NCBI RefSeq assembly: GCF_006345805.1
Contig: NC_043012.1
Coordinates: 4,402,001 to 4,466,000, forward strand
Length of the DNA stretch: 64,000 nucleotides
Direction of reading: 5' to 3'
Source of the DNA: Octopus sinensis
Taxonomy: Eukaryota
In this document: in pieces, positions 1 to 13,740 of the stretch
Layout of the letters: each line of letters opens with the position of its first letter
How positions within the stretch are numbered: position 1 is the first letter of the stretch
Made by a program: the position numbers and the translations under genes
Notes under the pieces: model-generated
Told to the model about the DNA's origin: nothing
Seen by the model: the letters and a program-made list of their open reading frames with translations, nothing else
Databases searched by the model: none

Positions 1-49
1 ATGTCTATTTGATATATATATATATATATATATACAAATTCTATGACTG

Positions 50-435
50 GCATCAGTGCTAGTGGAGAGCTAAGAGCACCATCCGAGTTTGATCATTACC
101 AGTGGCACTTTACTGGCACTTGTGCCAGTGGCATGTGAAAAAACATTCAAGCGAGGTTGTTGCCAGTGCTGCTGGACTAGCCCCTGTGCAGGTGGCACGT
201 ATAAAACACCATTTGAGCGTGGCCATTGCCAGTACCGCCTGACTGGCCCTCATGCTGGTGGCATGTAAAAGCACCCATTACACTCTCGGAGTGGTTGGCA
301 TTAGGAAGGGCATCCAGCTCTAGAAACTCTGCCAGATCAGATTGGAGCCCAGTGCAGCCATCTGGTTCGCCAATCCTCAGTCAAATCATCCAACCCATGC
401 TAGCATGGAAAGCAGACATTAAACGATGATGATGA
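50..435 (-). mobile_element. SINE/LINE-tail family C with (CAT)n end
   Basis: CATCATCGTTTAACGTCC...CATGGGTTGG...CTACAGCTGGATGCCCTTCCTAA motif. Other copies at about 5500-5720, 18350-18600, 18640-18860, 21100-21345, 33100-33560, 38200-38615 and 41720-42010. Confidence 0.8.
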
Positions 436-1655
436 TGATATATATATAAGATATAAACTCAAATTAGGCAGTCATACACATACAGTTATAAATTCAACTT
501 AAAATGCACATGCATATATTAATACATATCGACACATATGAATATTTAAAAAAATACTTATAAGATATAAATATGTATGTATATATATAAATATACATAA
601 AAATAGAGCTGGCTGTCTGGTTTCCATGGCATACAAGCAACCAAGATCACAACACTCCCTAAAGCAATGCGAAATGAAGTGTTTTGATCAAGAATGCAAT
701 GCAGTGCCTAGTCTAGGATTAGAAACCGTTATCTTGCAACTGTGAGTTCGAACCTCTAACCCATTTGGCAAAAAACCTTCACCCTTACTTATTCAGGAAA
801 GAAAGATTGAACCTTTTCTGTCTGGATGCACCTGTAGAAATTTCTAAGCTTAATGAAAATTTTAAAATTTGGTATATTGATGTAATTTTTCATGCTGAAT
901 CTCAAGAGATAATTCACTTTTCCAGAAAAAAAAAGAAAAAGTTACAGTGTTTAAAGTTTGATAATTTTTACCCAGTCAGAAAACAAGATTTGGAAGCTGT
1001 CATTTTGTACATGACTGCATGTGTTGTCAACTGTAAAAAAAAAAAGTGTAATATTGGCAAAATTCTGCTCTATGGACACCATATAACCCCTTAACTTTTT
1101 TTATTTTGGGGAATTTTTGTAAATTTTTTGTAAATTTGTCTTCTACACATGGAAATTCATATGGCTATGTAAAAAAAAAAATTCATGTGTAATCTAAGGC
1201 CTATCTAGCTATTATTTTTAGCACATCTCATGATCACTTCAGACCAGATGTGTTGTAAGCATTCAATAAGCGACAAAAAGAAGACATTGTAAGCAGCTTG
1301 GTAATAGCTTAACTTGTTACTATAGAAACAGGCACCTATATGTCTGTGGCTTTGAACTGGGTAAAATTATCCAAAATTTGCAAACTTTAAAAGCTATTAA
1401 CTCTTTATTTATTGATTTATGGTGAAAATGAATGTCATGTCAATGATTACTTTAGAAAACTACACAAATACACCAAATATGAAATCAATTGGAACAAAAA
1501 TTAAAAAAATGGAACAGTGACAGCCAAACAGAAAAGATCCCCAAAATTTTAAAATGCAGACAATAGAATTTTCTAAAAATCATTGCAGGAAGAACAGAGA
1601 GAATGAATCAGTCTCTGATCAGTTTGTTTAGGATATGAATAAGTATAGTACTTAC

Positions 1656-1709
1656 AAGGATGTCACCTCTCCTGATCTCCAGACCTGAAGTTGTTGTATT
1701 GTAAAACAT
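1656..1709 (-). CDS. PHM: PHM coding exon 10 (gene continues below position 1)
   Basis: MFYNTTTSGLEIRRGDIL completes PQMFY...GDIL. 54 nt, GTAAGT donor. The downstream AxRC/EMCN exons were not found in 1-1655. The ten exons sum to 798 nt = 266 codons with no stop. Confidence 0.92.
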
Positions 1710-1766
1710 CTGAAGGATAGAAAAATACAGGAATACAGCAAAAATAAAAATAACAACAACAACAAC

Positions 1767-1816
<50 letters not shown>

Positions 1817-2159
1817 TAATAATAATAATGATAATGATAATAATAAATTCGTTTATTGGCCACAAGGGCTTACATAAATTTACATTAAAACACATACAAC
1901 ATAAAAGACAAAAACAGGACGATACAATGGGTTTTACAACAAGTAAACAATACATATATAACGATTAAAAATTAAACAATTTAAAACTCCTTCTTTTTAA
2001 TTGCAAAGTCTTTGATCAGATCCTTGCTATGTCACCATGAACACTTAGAAATTATACTTCCGATCATATAAACCACTCGGAATATTATCTTAGCAAGTTT
2101 AAAGGGATTTCTCTTGCGGTGGTGCCCTTCTCACTCCCATTGACACCTTGTTTCCTTAA

Positions 2160-2380
2160 CCCTTTCGTTACCGTATTTATTTTGAGATGCTCTGTATTTC
2201 TTTCAATTCATTTTAAATATAACTAAGAATTTAGTAAAATAATTTGGTTATCATTAAGCTAGTGTTAGGAACATAAATTGTGACTAAGGTTTGATGGAAG
2301 ATTTTAATTCAAAACTTATTAAAAACAAGACATTTGTACTGAGAGCCAGAGCCGGTTTCAGCCGGGTTGGTAATGAAAGG
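2160..2380 (+). mobile_element. piggyBac-type MITE (TTAA TSD), copy 1
   Basis: TTAA|CCCTTTCGTTACC...GGTAATGAAAGG|TTAA. Confidence 0.8.
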
Positions 2381-3473
2381 TTAATCCAACACTTTCATAC
2401 CAAAATTTTCTTTACTCCCACCACACACAAAAAACCCCCCAAAGAAACAGAAAACCGAAAAAAGTAGCTCGAATTATACACCAAGACGACTTTGGAGGAC
2501 CAAAAATATTTTCAGCAGAGTGAACATTATGGATCGCTGTTTTGGCTTTTCTTGTACTGTTGCCTTTACACACATTCATTGTATTTTAAGTTAAATTCAC
2601 GATATTCTTGTTCCTTTCCTCTCCTTTTCCCTCTCCTCTCATACGGTTTGCTTTCTGCTTCACATCGCTAGAAATGACAATTCGTACGAGTTCTCTCCCC
2701 TGAACAATACATTTATTTGGAATTATTTTTCGAATTTCTTGTAGCGACGGGTTAACTTCGAATTAAAATAAAAAAAAAAACCCAACTCGGCTACATATAC
2801 ATATATGTAAATGTAAAAAAATACAAACTGGGACAAGAACGTGGAACATTTAGAAGATGATACAAAAAACACGGACGGGACATTCGAAGCCTTCAATCTT
2901 CAGTCAAGAACCGGATCATCTTCGCAATTTCGGCTGATTAATCTTATATACGTTTTAAGCATTGTGTACGTGTATGCGTATGTGTAATGATATCTTATAT
3001 AAAGTTAGATCCACTGATTTTATAGGCTGTTCAAGTCAATTGTAGCATTTTAGGAGTGGATTATTATTTTTTTTTTTACTTCGTCACTGACCCTAGATGG
3101 GAAGTCAATCTGAGAATGGCTCGAATTCCAAATAAGTAAATGCCACAAACTGTAAAATTCTGTCAGTCTTCCCCACCTTCCTAGACGACGATGTTAATGA
3201 TAATGATAATATTAGAAAATAATAATAAATTAATGAACTTATTGTACACAATCTCGGGGAAACTATAATTAGTCAGAGAAAGAAACCAGAAATTCATAGA
3301 ATATGCTGAGGAAGAGAACAGTGAATAAGTCGTTCAGAAATAAGAGGGGGTGGTGGTGCGTCAAGTGTGCTGTTTTGAAGGATGTAGGGTCCCAACAGCT
3401 AACAACTGATGCTGGTAATTTGTTTCATGTTTCAGCAATTCTGAGCCTGTAAAAATGATATCAAATTATTTAC

Positions 3474-3550
3474 CTGGGGTTTTTGTGGGTTTTTGCGTCC
3501 AAGTTCATGCCATTTCCCATTGTGAATTAGATAACCAGATACGACTTTAC
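3474..3550 (-). CDS. PHM: PHM coding exon 9
   Basis: KVVSGYLIHNGKWHELGRKNPQKPQ (GKVVSGY...PQ motif). 77 nt, phase 1 to 0. Confidence 0.95.
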
Positions 3551-3792
3551 CTGCACAAGATGACAAAAGACATGATTTGACAATGATTTGAAAGGTGATT
3601 CGAAATTTATTACCAACAAAGAGAAAATGGTAAAAATAATTTTAAAAATTCAGCAATATTGAGTGTGTAAACCTGTTTATTCCAATTGCATTCTTTTTTG
3701 TTATTCCTTCTCATTTACGAACTCTTATACATACAGTTTATAAACATCAATCTTATTTTTAATAACAATCCAATACAATTTATGCATATAGC

Positions 3793-4410
3793 TGTAGCGT
3801 AACTGATATCCTCACAGTTTGAGAGATATATTAGAAATGATCTTGTGTGAGATAACAACCATCTTTGGCTAGTTTGATCCTGTTGTGTCCACTGCTCTGA
3901 TTGGTTGGCATTGGTGCAGTTTGTCTCTCGACTTATTTCGCGCCAATGTGTAAGCCAACCAATCACGGCCTTCGGATAAGGTCTCATGATACTGTTTTTC
4001 AGATGCCTTGTTTGAGCCTACCCCAGGCTTTATAAAGCGCCAGCATTCACTGTTCCAGGCTTTTTGGCTCTAGACCTTCTAAGGTCTAGTCACTGACTAC
4101 AGAGCACTCAACCATGTTCCATCAACACCAGTCTTATGTTCCAGTCCTTTTCAGGACTAACCTCTGACCACCGAGTGACTCAGCCATGTTCCAGTTCTAG
4201 CGACAGACGACCAGTCAGCCAACCATGTTCCTGATCCAGCCATGACGACGCTAATATACACCAGCAGTGTAGGATGTCTCCACCACCGTCGCCATTACCA
4301 CCGTCAACTTCAAATACGTACACAGCACTCGCTCAGTTTTAAACTCCACTCTGTTAGCTATCTCAGCTCTAAAACTTAAACAGTTATTACAGCCTTTCTC
4401 CAACACTACA
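3793..4410 (+). mobile_element. Putative solo LTR
   Basis: TGTAG...CTACA termini, CCAAT boxes, TATAAA at 4031, higher GC than the flanks. No TSD found. Confidence 0.45.
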
Positions 4411-4687
4411 GCACATAAAAAATAATTTATTTGTTTATCTTTTTGAAATGGGCAATGTAAAATTTTTCCATGTCCAGACAGGTTCTTGCAAAATATTGGA
4501 AATGAATGATATGACTCTCTGCCAACAAAATACACACACACATGCACGCACTCACACATGCACACACAACAAGCTTCCACACAGTTTCCTCAACCAAATT
4601 CCTAGTTGCAACTATATCTCATATGCTAAATATCAATGATAATAACCACAGGTTTCCAATGCAAGCATGCCCTCATTGATACTTTAA

Positions 4688-4907
4688 CCCTTTCGTTACT
4701 GTATTTATTTTGAGATGCTCTGTGTTTCTTTCAGTTCCTTTAAATATAACAAAGAATTTAGTGAAATAACTCAGTTATCATTCAGCTAGTGTTAGGAACA
4801 TAAATGGTGACTAAGGTTTGGTGGAAGATTTTAATTCAAAACTTATGAAAACAAGACATTTGTACTCAGATCCAGAGCCGGTTTCAGCTGGGTTGGTAAC
4901 AAAAGGG
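4688..4907 (+). mobile_element. piggyBac-type MITE, copy 2
   Basis: Same internal sequence as copy 1, TTAA on both sides. Confidence 0.8.
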
Positions 4908-4975
4908 TTAAATCATTATTGATGACAGTGGAACCTCGAGTAAGTAAATGTTATTGCAAATTTTGTTTGACTTAC

Positions 4976-5056
4976 CATGCGAGTGGGTGTGTGTCCGATA
5001 ACTGAATGGGTGAAGAACTATTCTCTCATTATAGAGACAAGCTGTCTCAAGATATA
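4976..5056 (-). CDS. PHM: PHM coding exon 8 (CuM HxH)
   Basis: (V)YLETACLYNERIVLHPFSYRTHTHSH(G) carries the HPFxYRxHTH copper-M ligands. 81 nt, phase 1 to 1. Confidence 0.96.
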
Positions 5057-6593
5057 CTACAAATAAAAAAAGAAAGCAAAAAACAAAAAATATGGATTAG
5101 AAATATTTTAGTTCTGTTTTCTCCCTTAAATTGTATTTAGTGATCATTGGACCCCAAAAAGTGAGGGTTTTTCCCCCCCCCCCATTTTTGGTATGGTAAT
5201 AAACTTTGAGGCCTAGTAAATGCCATTAGTTATACATACATTGGTCTTCTTTAGTGTTTCCATCAACCAAATTTCATGCACGAGTTATTAGTCAGCATAA
5301 GGTTATGGTAGAAAACAGTTGTCCAAAGGCACCACGCCATGGGATTGAACCCAGAACCCAGAACCATGTAGTTGTGATGCAAGCTTCTTAACCACACATT
5401 CAAGCCTAGATCTATCGTTTATCATAATCATCATCATCACCATCACCACCACCACCACCACCACCGCCACCACTGCCGCTGCCACTACCATCATCATCAT
5501 CATCATTTAACATCCATGTCCCATGCTGGCATGGGTTGGACAGATTGACAAGATCTGATGAGTCCAACGGCTGGCACTGGGTAGCAGTGTCTACTTCAGC
5601 ATGGCTTCTACAGCTGGATGCCCTTCTTAAAGCCAACTACTTTACAGCGTGTACTGGCAGCTTTTTTATTTTGCATTTTGCACCACTAGCATTATTGAGG
5701 TGACCATGCAGCTTACAAATCCTGAAGGAGGTGGTGGTGGGGGTTGCTTCTATGTTACGGGATGAGGAGTTAAAGTGTAAGAGAAGAGGAGGGAGGAGCA
5801 GAGCAGGTTCTCATAAAAGAGCTGCCTGGTTACTCACATTTAGTAGGGTAAGGAGAGAATGGTCAGCAGGAACTGCAAAGAGACCGACATTAGAGATGAG
5901 GTGTCCAGAAGCCCCCCCCCCACACCACCCTTCTACTCAAGGCACAAGCTAAGTAGAAGTGGTTGGGGTGGGGTGGAAGGTTTCTAAGATTGTATGGGGA
6001 GAAAATGAGGGGATGCAGAGGTAGCCTGAAGCTGGGTAGAGTTGAAGGGTGATGGCCACTGAGATGTGAGATGAGGAGGATAGAGGGATGCAGAAGAGGA
6101 CAATGGGACAGTAATGATGCAGTCTCGACGGGGGGGGGGAAGACAAGAGAGAGAGAGAAAAAGAGATGACTGAGTGGTGGTGGGAGTTAGTCGTTGTTTA
6201 ACCCCAGGTCAGCTTTGATCAAACAGACCTATGATCAAAGATATTCCTGTCATGACACGACCTCTTCGTCTTTCTTGGGTCATCTAGGGTGACATTATCC
6301 AGTGCATCCTTTCTTCTTTCAAAAGGGTAAGATACAATCCAAGAGAGATCTGGTTGCACTTTCTAGCAGGTTGAAGCTAGAAATAACAGCCATGTCTGTG
6401 GACGGTGTGATGAAATGTGACGAAGTAGGAGCTTTGATTAACAGGTAGGATCTAATTAACTGTTTAGCTATACCACAGTCATACCTGTATCTTATAAAAT
6501 TTAATAATATTTATTGAAAATAAGATTTGAAGAAAATAGCAGATTTTTTTTCTTTTTAAAGAATTATTTGGTTGCATATAGGATGTAACTTAC

Positions 6594-6658
6594 CTGAAGA
6601 ACGCCTGGGAATCACACCACCTGTTCCTAAAAGATATACTCCAGCCCTTCGTCTAATT
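6594..6658 (-). CDS. PHM: PHM coding exon 7
   Basis: IRRRAGVYLLGTGGVIPRRSS (AGxxLLGTxGxIP). 65 nt, phase 2 to 1. Confidence 0.93.
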
Positions 6659-8210
6659 CTAAAAAGATAAAAAAAAAACTAGTTTCAGTTATGCCTTTTA
6701 TTATTGATAGTTTTAACGATGGCCACAACAACAAGAACAAGAAATAGAACAACTTATCTAGGTGATATTGTTAGTAATGTTGTTGATCATCATCATAATC
6801 GCCACCACCACCACCACCACCATCATCATCATCACCATCACTTAATATCTATTTTCCATTCTTGCATGGGTTGGATGGTTTGATAGGAACTGGCAAGGTG
6901 AGGAGCAGCACCAAGTGCCAAATGTCTGGTTGGCCATAGTTTCACATTTCTTTACTGCCCACAAAGGGTTACACACAGAGGGGCAAAACAAGGACAGACA
7001 AATGGATTAAGTCGATTATATCGCCCCCAGTGTATAACTGGTACTTATTTAATCAGCCCCGAAAGGATGACAGGCAAAGTCGACCTTGGCGAAATTTGAA
7101 CTCAGAACATAACAGTAGACGAAATACCGCTAAGCATTTTGCCAGGCATGCTAACGTTTCTGCTGGCTCACTGCATAGTTTCTACAGCTGGATGCCCTTC
7201 TTAATCCTTTCTACAGGAGGCACAATGCCTCAAATTTTGGGCGGGGGGTGGCAGTCGATAACATTGACCCCAGTGTTTCACTGGTACTTCATTTCTCGAC
7301 CCTGAAAGGATGAAAGGCAAAGTCAACCTTGGTGGAATTTGAACTCAGAATGTAGAGACAGACGAAATACTGCTAAGCATTTTGCCCAGTGTGCTAACGA
7401 CTCTGCCAGCTCATTGCCTTTGGATGCCCTTCTTAATGACAACCACTTTGCAGAGTGTACTGGGTGCTTTTTTGAGGCACCATTACCATTTCTTTCTATG
7501 TGGTCTTATCACCAGTGTCTTTTATGTGGCACCATCGCCAATGCTTTTTTACGTGGCACCAGTGCTTCTTATGTGGCAATGCTGTTGTTGATATTGATAT
7601 TAATGTTGTTATTAAACAAGTATCTTTTGTTATCATCACATATTCTGTTTCCAATCAGAAATGTGATTAGCCTGCTCAGGTGATCTGGTGCCCAAAAGAT
7701 CCCAACCCTACCAACAGCCCAGAAGCGTCACTGATGGCACATCCCAAGAGTATCCATGAGATGTTTCTTGGAGCTAGAAACATGAAGTCTGTTAAATTAA
7801 ATACATTCCTGTGTTTAGTTTCATGATTATACATCGAATTCTATCAAAGCTAACTTGACCTTTCATTTGGGGTCAACAAAAACATGTCAGAAATACAATG
7901 AGAGCTGATTCAATTACTTTTCCCTCTTCAATATAGATATGTGGCATCATAATTAATGTAAGAAATCATTAGTATATCATTTTATTTTTTAATTTAATCA
8001 GCAAAAGTTACATAGAAAAAGAGAGAGAGAGAGAGAAAGAGAAAGAGAGAGAGAATGTTATATCAGGGAAAAATTTTAGACAATAAAATATAAAAATATA
8101 ATAAAATGAATAAAAATGAAAAATAGAAATTATTTCAGGATAATAAGCATTGTCTTAACTTTGCAAAGAGTTTGTGGGTGAGGACTGAGAATTATCGAAC
8201 GAATACTTAC

Positions 8211-8259
8211 GGTCCATCTGTAACAGTGAGTGTCAATCCTGATGAATCGGTTTCATTTT
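8211..8259 (-). CDS. PHM: PHM coding exon 6
   Basis: (K)NETDSSGLTLTVTDG(P), matching the D-x-SG-x-x-L strand. 49 nt, phase 1 to 2, TAG acceptor and GTAAGT donor. Confidence 0.9.
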
Positions 8260-8809
8260 CTACAAGAGAAAGAAATAAACCCTCTTTGAACAAATAAATC
8301 CCATTGTTGTAGTATTTTCTTGAGCTGTGGTGAATGTAACAATGATTATAATCTTCTTTATTATTAACAATGATAATCTACTTTATCTACAACATAATAT
8401 CTTCTGGCATGCAAACCAATGTTGTATACAGTAAAAACATGCTGTGTAAGCATTCAGATGACATCACTATTTTACCAAATCTTGCTGGATTTCATCTGAC
8501 AGTTTTGGTCCCCCAAAGTTGTCTCAGTGTATAAGTTGACCTCTCTTTTTTAAAATGTAAATTTTGGTCTGAAATATTTTACTTCTGCTCCATTAGGAAT
8601 GGATTTCTCAGCGAGTGACAATTATACCATTCCGGTTTCAGCTTTTAAATGTCATCTCTCTGAGGAAGTTTCCAGGCTTGATTATGTAGGCTACACTTAT
8701 AAGGTGCATCAATGGATTGCATTTATAATGTGACATCATTTGTTACCAAATACTGAAACATGTGTAACGGATGTAATAAAGGAGTTCTTTTCTTTCATTA
8801 TTATATACA

Positions 8810-8847
<38 letters not shown>

Positions 8848-9824
8848 GGTGTAAAAGCCATAGGCTTCCACACAGTTTCTGTCTGTCAAATTCACTCACA
8901 AGACACTGGTTGTCTTAAGGATGAAGTAAAAAATATTTTCCCTGACTTGCTGTACAGTGGGATTGAACATAAAACCTCAATGTTGCAAAGCGAACTTCTA
9001 AACCACACAGCTAGGCCTTACAAAATAGTTGATGATGATCACATCATCATACCATTGATGGGCAGAAGCCCTTAGAGTGTCTGACAAAATGCCTTGTGGT
9101 ATTCATTCTGGATTTTTGCATTCTAGGTTTTCCGTATTTTAACGTGACACTCATGTATAAGGAACCCCTTAATATTTTGGGCTTACAATTTGGAAAAAAG
9201 GTTTTGTAAGGGATTATAATTCTATCCATGTATAAAAAGCTCCCATGTTTTTTTAACCTAATTTTTGACAAAAAAGGGTTCCTTATATACATTAAAATAC
9301 AGTAAATCCTGTAAGAATTACAAAAACAGCTTTGCTGTTATTCTCCATAAAAAAAAAAAAAATATGTGCCCTTTTTTAAAGCCTAGCCAGGCTCATGGGC
9401 CCAGTTTCCTGGTTTCAATGGCATATGTGTTCCCCAGCTGGATGGGATACCAGTCCATTGCAGAGTTACTCATTGTTGCCAGCTGAGTGGACTGGAGCAA
9501 CGTGAAATGAAGTGTTTTGCTCAAGAACACGACGTGTCACCCAATCCAGGAATCAAAACCACAATCTTACGATCATGATACTGACTCCCTAACCATTAGG
9601 CCACGTGCCTCCACTTTATTCTCGATAGGGTTAATAAAATAAAGTACCATACAAGTACTAGAACCTATACCCACCCATCTCTCTCTCTCTCTCTCTCTCT
9701 CAATAATGACTGAAATGTGCAAAGACTCATAGGATTCCTTTTCTCTGCTTCCACTCTGTCTCAGTGGAAGAACGTGATCAAGGATACCCTGGCAAGAATG
9801 TGGCACGTAATGATGGTGATGTTG

Positions 9825-10320
9825 CTGTTTCTGCTGCTGTTTCTGCTGCTGCTGCTGTTGATGATGATGATGATGATGAAGTTGATGAGGATAGTAATAT
9901 TGGTGTTGGTGATGGGATGATGATACTGATGATGGTGGTGGTGGTGGTGGTGTTGGTAGTGCTGTTGGTGGTGATGGTCATGATGGTGATGAAGATGAGT
10001 ATGACAATGATGATGTCGATAGTCGTGTTGGTGGTTGTGGTGGTGGTGACGTGATGATGATGGTAATGGTAGCAGTGGTGCCAATAATGATGATGAAGAA
10101 GAAGAAGAAGAAGAAGAAGAAGAAGAAGAAGAAGAAGAAGAAGAAGAAGAAGAAGAGGATGACAACGATGATGTCGATAGTGGTGTTGGTGGTTGTGGTG
10201 GTGGTGGTGATGTGATGATGATGATAATGGAGGCAGTGTTGACAATAATGATGATGATGATGAAGAAGAAGTAGATGATGATGAAGAAGAAGAAGAAGAA
10301 GATGATGATGATGATATGCC
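9825..10320. repeat. Compound trinucleotide repeat (GCT/GAT/GGT/GAA)
   Basis: Read directly from the sequence; explains the poly-S, poly-H and poly-L ORFs. Confidence 0.95.
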
Positions 10321-10411
10321 AAAAAGTTACAGGCAGTCTATTCCTTTGCACTTTCAAATAAACACACACACACACACCACAAATAAATTGCTTAGAAAGA
10401 AATATACTCAC

Positions 10412-10501
10412 TTGGTGGGAGGAATTTATCCACATTCTTATAGTGAATTTGCAGGACAAGATATTGCACGTCGGAATTGCCACCGACTTTGAATCCAACA
10501 T
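10412..10501 (-). CDS. PHM: PHM coding exon 5 (third CuH His)
   Basis: (D)VGFKVGGNSDVQYLVLQIHYKNVDKFLPP, with VGFKVG and VLQxHY motifs. 90 nt, phase 1 to 1, GTGAGT donor. Confidence 0.96.
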
Positions 10502-10652
10502 CTGAAAATTTTTTTTTAAAAAAGAAGGAAACAGAGAAAGAAATGGATAAACCATTAGCAATCATTGTGGTAAAGATTCTTGCAAGAAAAAATTACTAAA
10601 AAACCCCAAAATTAAAATGCAAAAATTATAAAAACAAAGCAACACATCTGTA

Positions 10653-10692
<40 letters not shown>

Positions 10693-10695
<3 letters not shown>

Positions 10696-11542
10696 TTTGA
10701 TACTTTGATACTTTGATAGGTTTCGGCCATTATTGGCCCAGGCCATGTCTAACTTAATAGCACCACCTGGTGAAGTCTTTCAAGTCAGAATTTGGGCACT
10801 ATGGCCCACTCAAGTAGAGAGTTATTGTTTACAGAGACATATCCGGGTGTAGGGGGGTTATCCGGGATTTCTTGAAGGAATCTGTCCAAAGACTTCTTGA
10901 ACCCTAGGGTCAGTTCTGTTTTAATGTGTTTTGGTGTAATGTTAAAGAGAGCGGGGCCCATTGAGGTGAAATAATTGTGCCGTATTGTTGTTATGAGATG
11001 AGAGTGCGATTTTTGTTTTGGGCGGATGGCACGGGGCCCAAGCCTTGGATGTACCTTAAAGGTGATGCCAACATCATTTGGGCAATGCTGATGGAATATT
11101 TTCCACATCATGCAGATGATGTAGCGCTCACGACGACGTTGGAGAGAATAGAGTTTTAGCTTTTCTAGTCGACCCCAATAGTCGAGGCCTGTCATGCCAT
11201 CTATCTTTTTTGTGATTGCCCTTTGAGGTGCTTCAACTTTTATGATACCTTGTATTGTGTGGGGAGACCACAGTGGACAACAGTATTCAAGGTGGGGTCG
11301 GGCAAAAGTGGAGAAGAGAAGGATAATGGTGTGGATATCTCTCGACTGGAAAGTTCTGAGAATCCAGGAACACTTCTGGCGGGCCATGTCAACTTTGGTG
11401 TTTATATGTGTGCCCAGCTTACGTTGTTGTCCACAATTACTCCCAAGTCTCTGATGTTGTTGGATGCCACGAGAGTTTCACCTGAAGGAAGGGAGTATGG
11501 GAGTTTCAGGGCATCCTCTTTTCCAAAGTGGATTAGCTCAAA
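10693..11542 (-). mobile_element. CR1-like LINE 3' fragment (5'-truncated)
   Basis: ORF 11387-10785 reads RPHLEYCCPLWSP...RLEKLKLYSLQRRRERY, the CR1/L2-type RT C-terminus. Octamer microsatellite tail at 10693-10718. Confidence 0.88.
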
Positions 11543-11604
11543 TTTATCTATGTATGTATACACACACACATATATACACATACAACTATATATATCTATA
11601 TAAT

Positions 11605-11648
<44 letters not shown>

Positions 11649-11854
11649 AATATATATATAATGTCTATCTATGTATGTATACACACACACATATATACAT
11701 ACATACATATATGTATATATTATTATATATATATATATATACTATATATATATATATTTATACACCTATATATATATGTATGTATGTATGTATACTCACA
11801 TATATATATTAACATATAGATACATACATACATATATTACATACATACATATAT

Positions 11855-11894
<40 letters not shown>

Positions 11895-11939
11895 ATATAT
11901 ATAATAATAATATATATATTATATAATATATATATATAA

Positions 11940-13165
11940 AAATTGTCACCATTTTATATTTTTTATTTCACATATCACATTGTCTTTTTTAAATTTTACT
12001 GACTACACAGTATAGTAGGGTCAGTTGGGCACCGTCTGTGAGAAAACTAGTACCATGACACAATTTACTCTACCAGAAATTTGGAAATGGCATGCTGTAC
12101 TGCTCAGTATTTGAACCAGAAGTTCCAATATGAACATTGGAACAATATGAACACATGGGTGTTAATCTGAGGACAGTGCAAATGATTCGGAAAGAATTGG
12201 ATGAGTCTAATGGTGATTATGAAGGTACAGCAGCTTGGAAAACTCACTCTGATTGTTCTGATAAGAAAAGAACTCCTGAACTCCAAGTCAATCAAGTTCA
12301 TCACCAGGGACATGGGTGTGTCTGAGTTTCTTATCAGGCAGGTAGTGCATGAAGACATTCGGTATTCCTCATACAAAATGAGAAAGGGCCAATTTTTATA
12401 AAGGACAAGAGGAAAGACTGTGCTACGAAGCTTTTGAACAAACTCAAGCATCCCTTTCAACTGAACATGCTTTGGCTTTACTCTGATGAGAAAAATTTCT
12501 GCCAAGATCAGATGGTGAATACACAGGACAACAGTTGGCTTGCTGCATCCCCAAAATGTACCGAGAGTGATAAAAATTAAACATCCAGTCAACATCATGG
12601 AGTTTGGAATGATCAGTAGTGATGGTGACATTATGCCTGCATTCATCTTCCCGCATGGCCCCACACTCAACAAGGAGGCCTACAGCAAGTGCCTGGAGGA
12701 GGTAGTGCTGCCCTGGGTGAAGAGTGTGGCTGCTGGAAGACCCTATGTCTGGTAACAGAACTCTGCACCATACCACACAACCAGGAGAACCCGTCATGGC
12801 TGTCAGACAATTTCTGTGATCACACAACCCCTGGCCACGTGACACCCCAGACTGTAACCCCCTTGATTATTATGTTTGGGATGTAGTTGAGTGAGAAACC
12901 AACAAAACTCCTTGTAACATCAAAGATAAATTGAAGGCAAGGATTCACCACCTTAAACAAGGAGAGTGTCTAGAAGGGCCGCAGGATATTCTGAAGTCAT
13001 CTGGAGGTTGTGGTTGAAGCCAATGGTGATTTTATTGAATAAATTTACTCTTTAGTATTTCAAGATATTTTTATGTAATTTTGGTAAATATATCTGTTAA
13101 AATGAGATGTCAGTGTTATATTCATTTTTGAGTAATTTAGATGACAATATATTCACTGCACCCTG
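11940..13165 (+). mobile_element. IS630-Tc1-mariner (maT/DD37D-like) transposon, decayed
   Basis: Fragments SDEKNF, GRPYVW*QNSAP and PDCNPLDYYVW. The 3' TIR ends CACTGCACCCTG|TA; the 5' TIR is eroded by (TA)n. Confidence 0.85.
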
Positions 13166-13175
13166 TATGTATGTA

Positions 13176-13221
<46 letters not shown>

Positions 13222-13740
13222 CATACATGCATAGATATATACATACATATATAGTTATATGTATGCATATATGTATTACACACACGTGTGTGTGTGTGTG
13301 AATTTATGATGGGTTGAATGATATGTCAGGGTCTTGATATAACTATCTAAAAAAGCAATTATTTGGGTCAAGCAGATCTTATGGATTACTGCTGGGAAGA
13401 AATAGAAACAATAAAAAATTTTAACAAAGGCAAAAGTATTACAGGATAACAACAACAATAAAGATAATAATAATAATAATAATAACAATCATCTTGAAAA
13501 GACAAAAAGAGAGCACCTGCGGTGAGTGAAAAAAATATTGACTTCAAAGCTGAATGCCAGAAACATAATTTTGGCATTAAACTTAATTCCAGTATTTTTA
13601 TTTTGTTGACCCCAAAAGAATGAAAAGCAAAGCTGACCACAGCAGGATTTGATCTCAGAATGTAGTGAGTCAGGAGAAATGCTCTTAAGCATTTTGATTA
13701 CAGTCCTGTAACTTAGTGGCGCATCAAAGGAGACACTTTT

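Noticed and set aside
1215-1245. Minus-strand DHEMC, resembling the PHM 'DEMCN' CuM-Met exon
   Set aside because: Immediately followed by TAA, with no splice context and no AxRC upstream.
2835-2945. Minus-strand CTGAAGA..GAAG/TTC..GAAT motif
   Set aside because: The core GAAA is not conserved and the stems are unconvincing; treated as an unclassified repeat.
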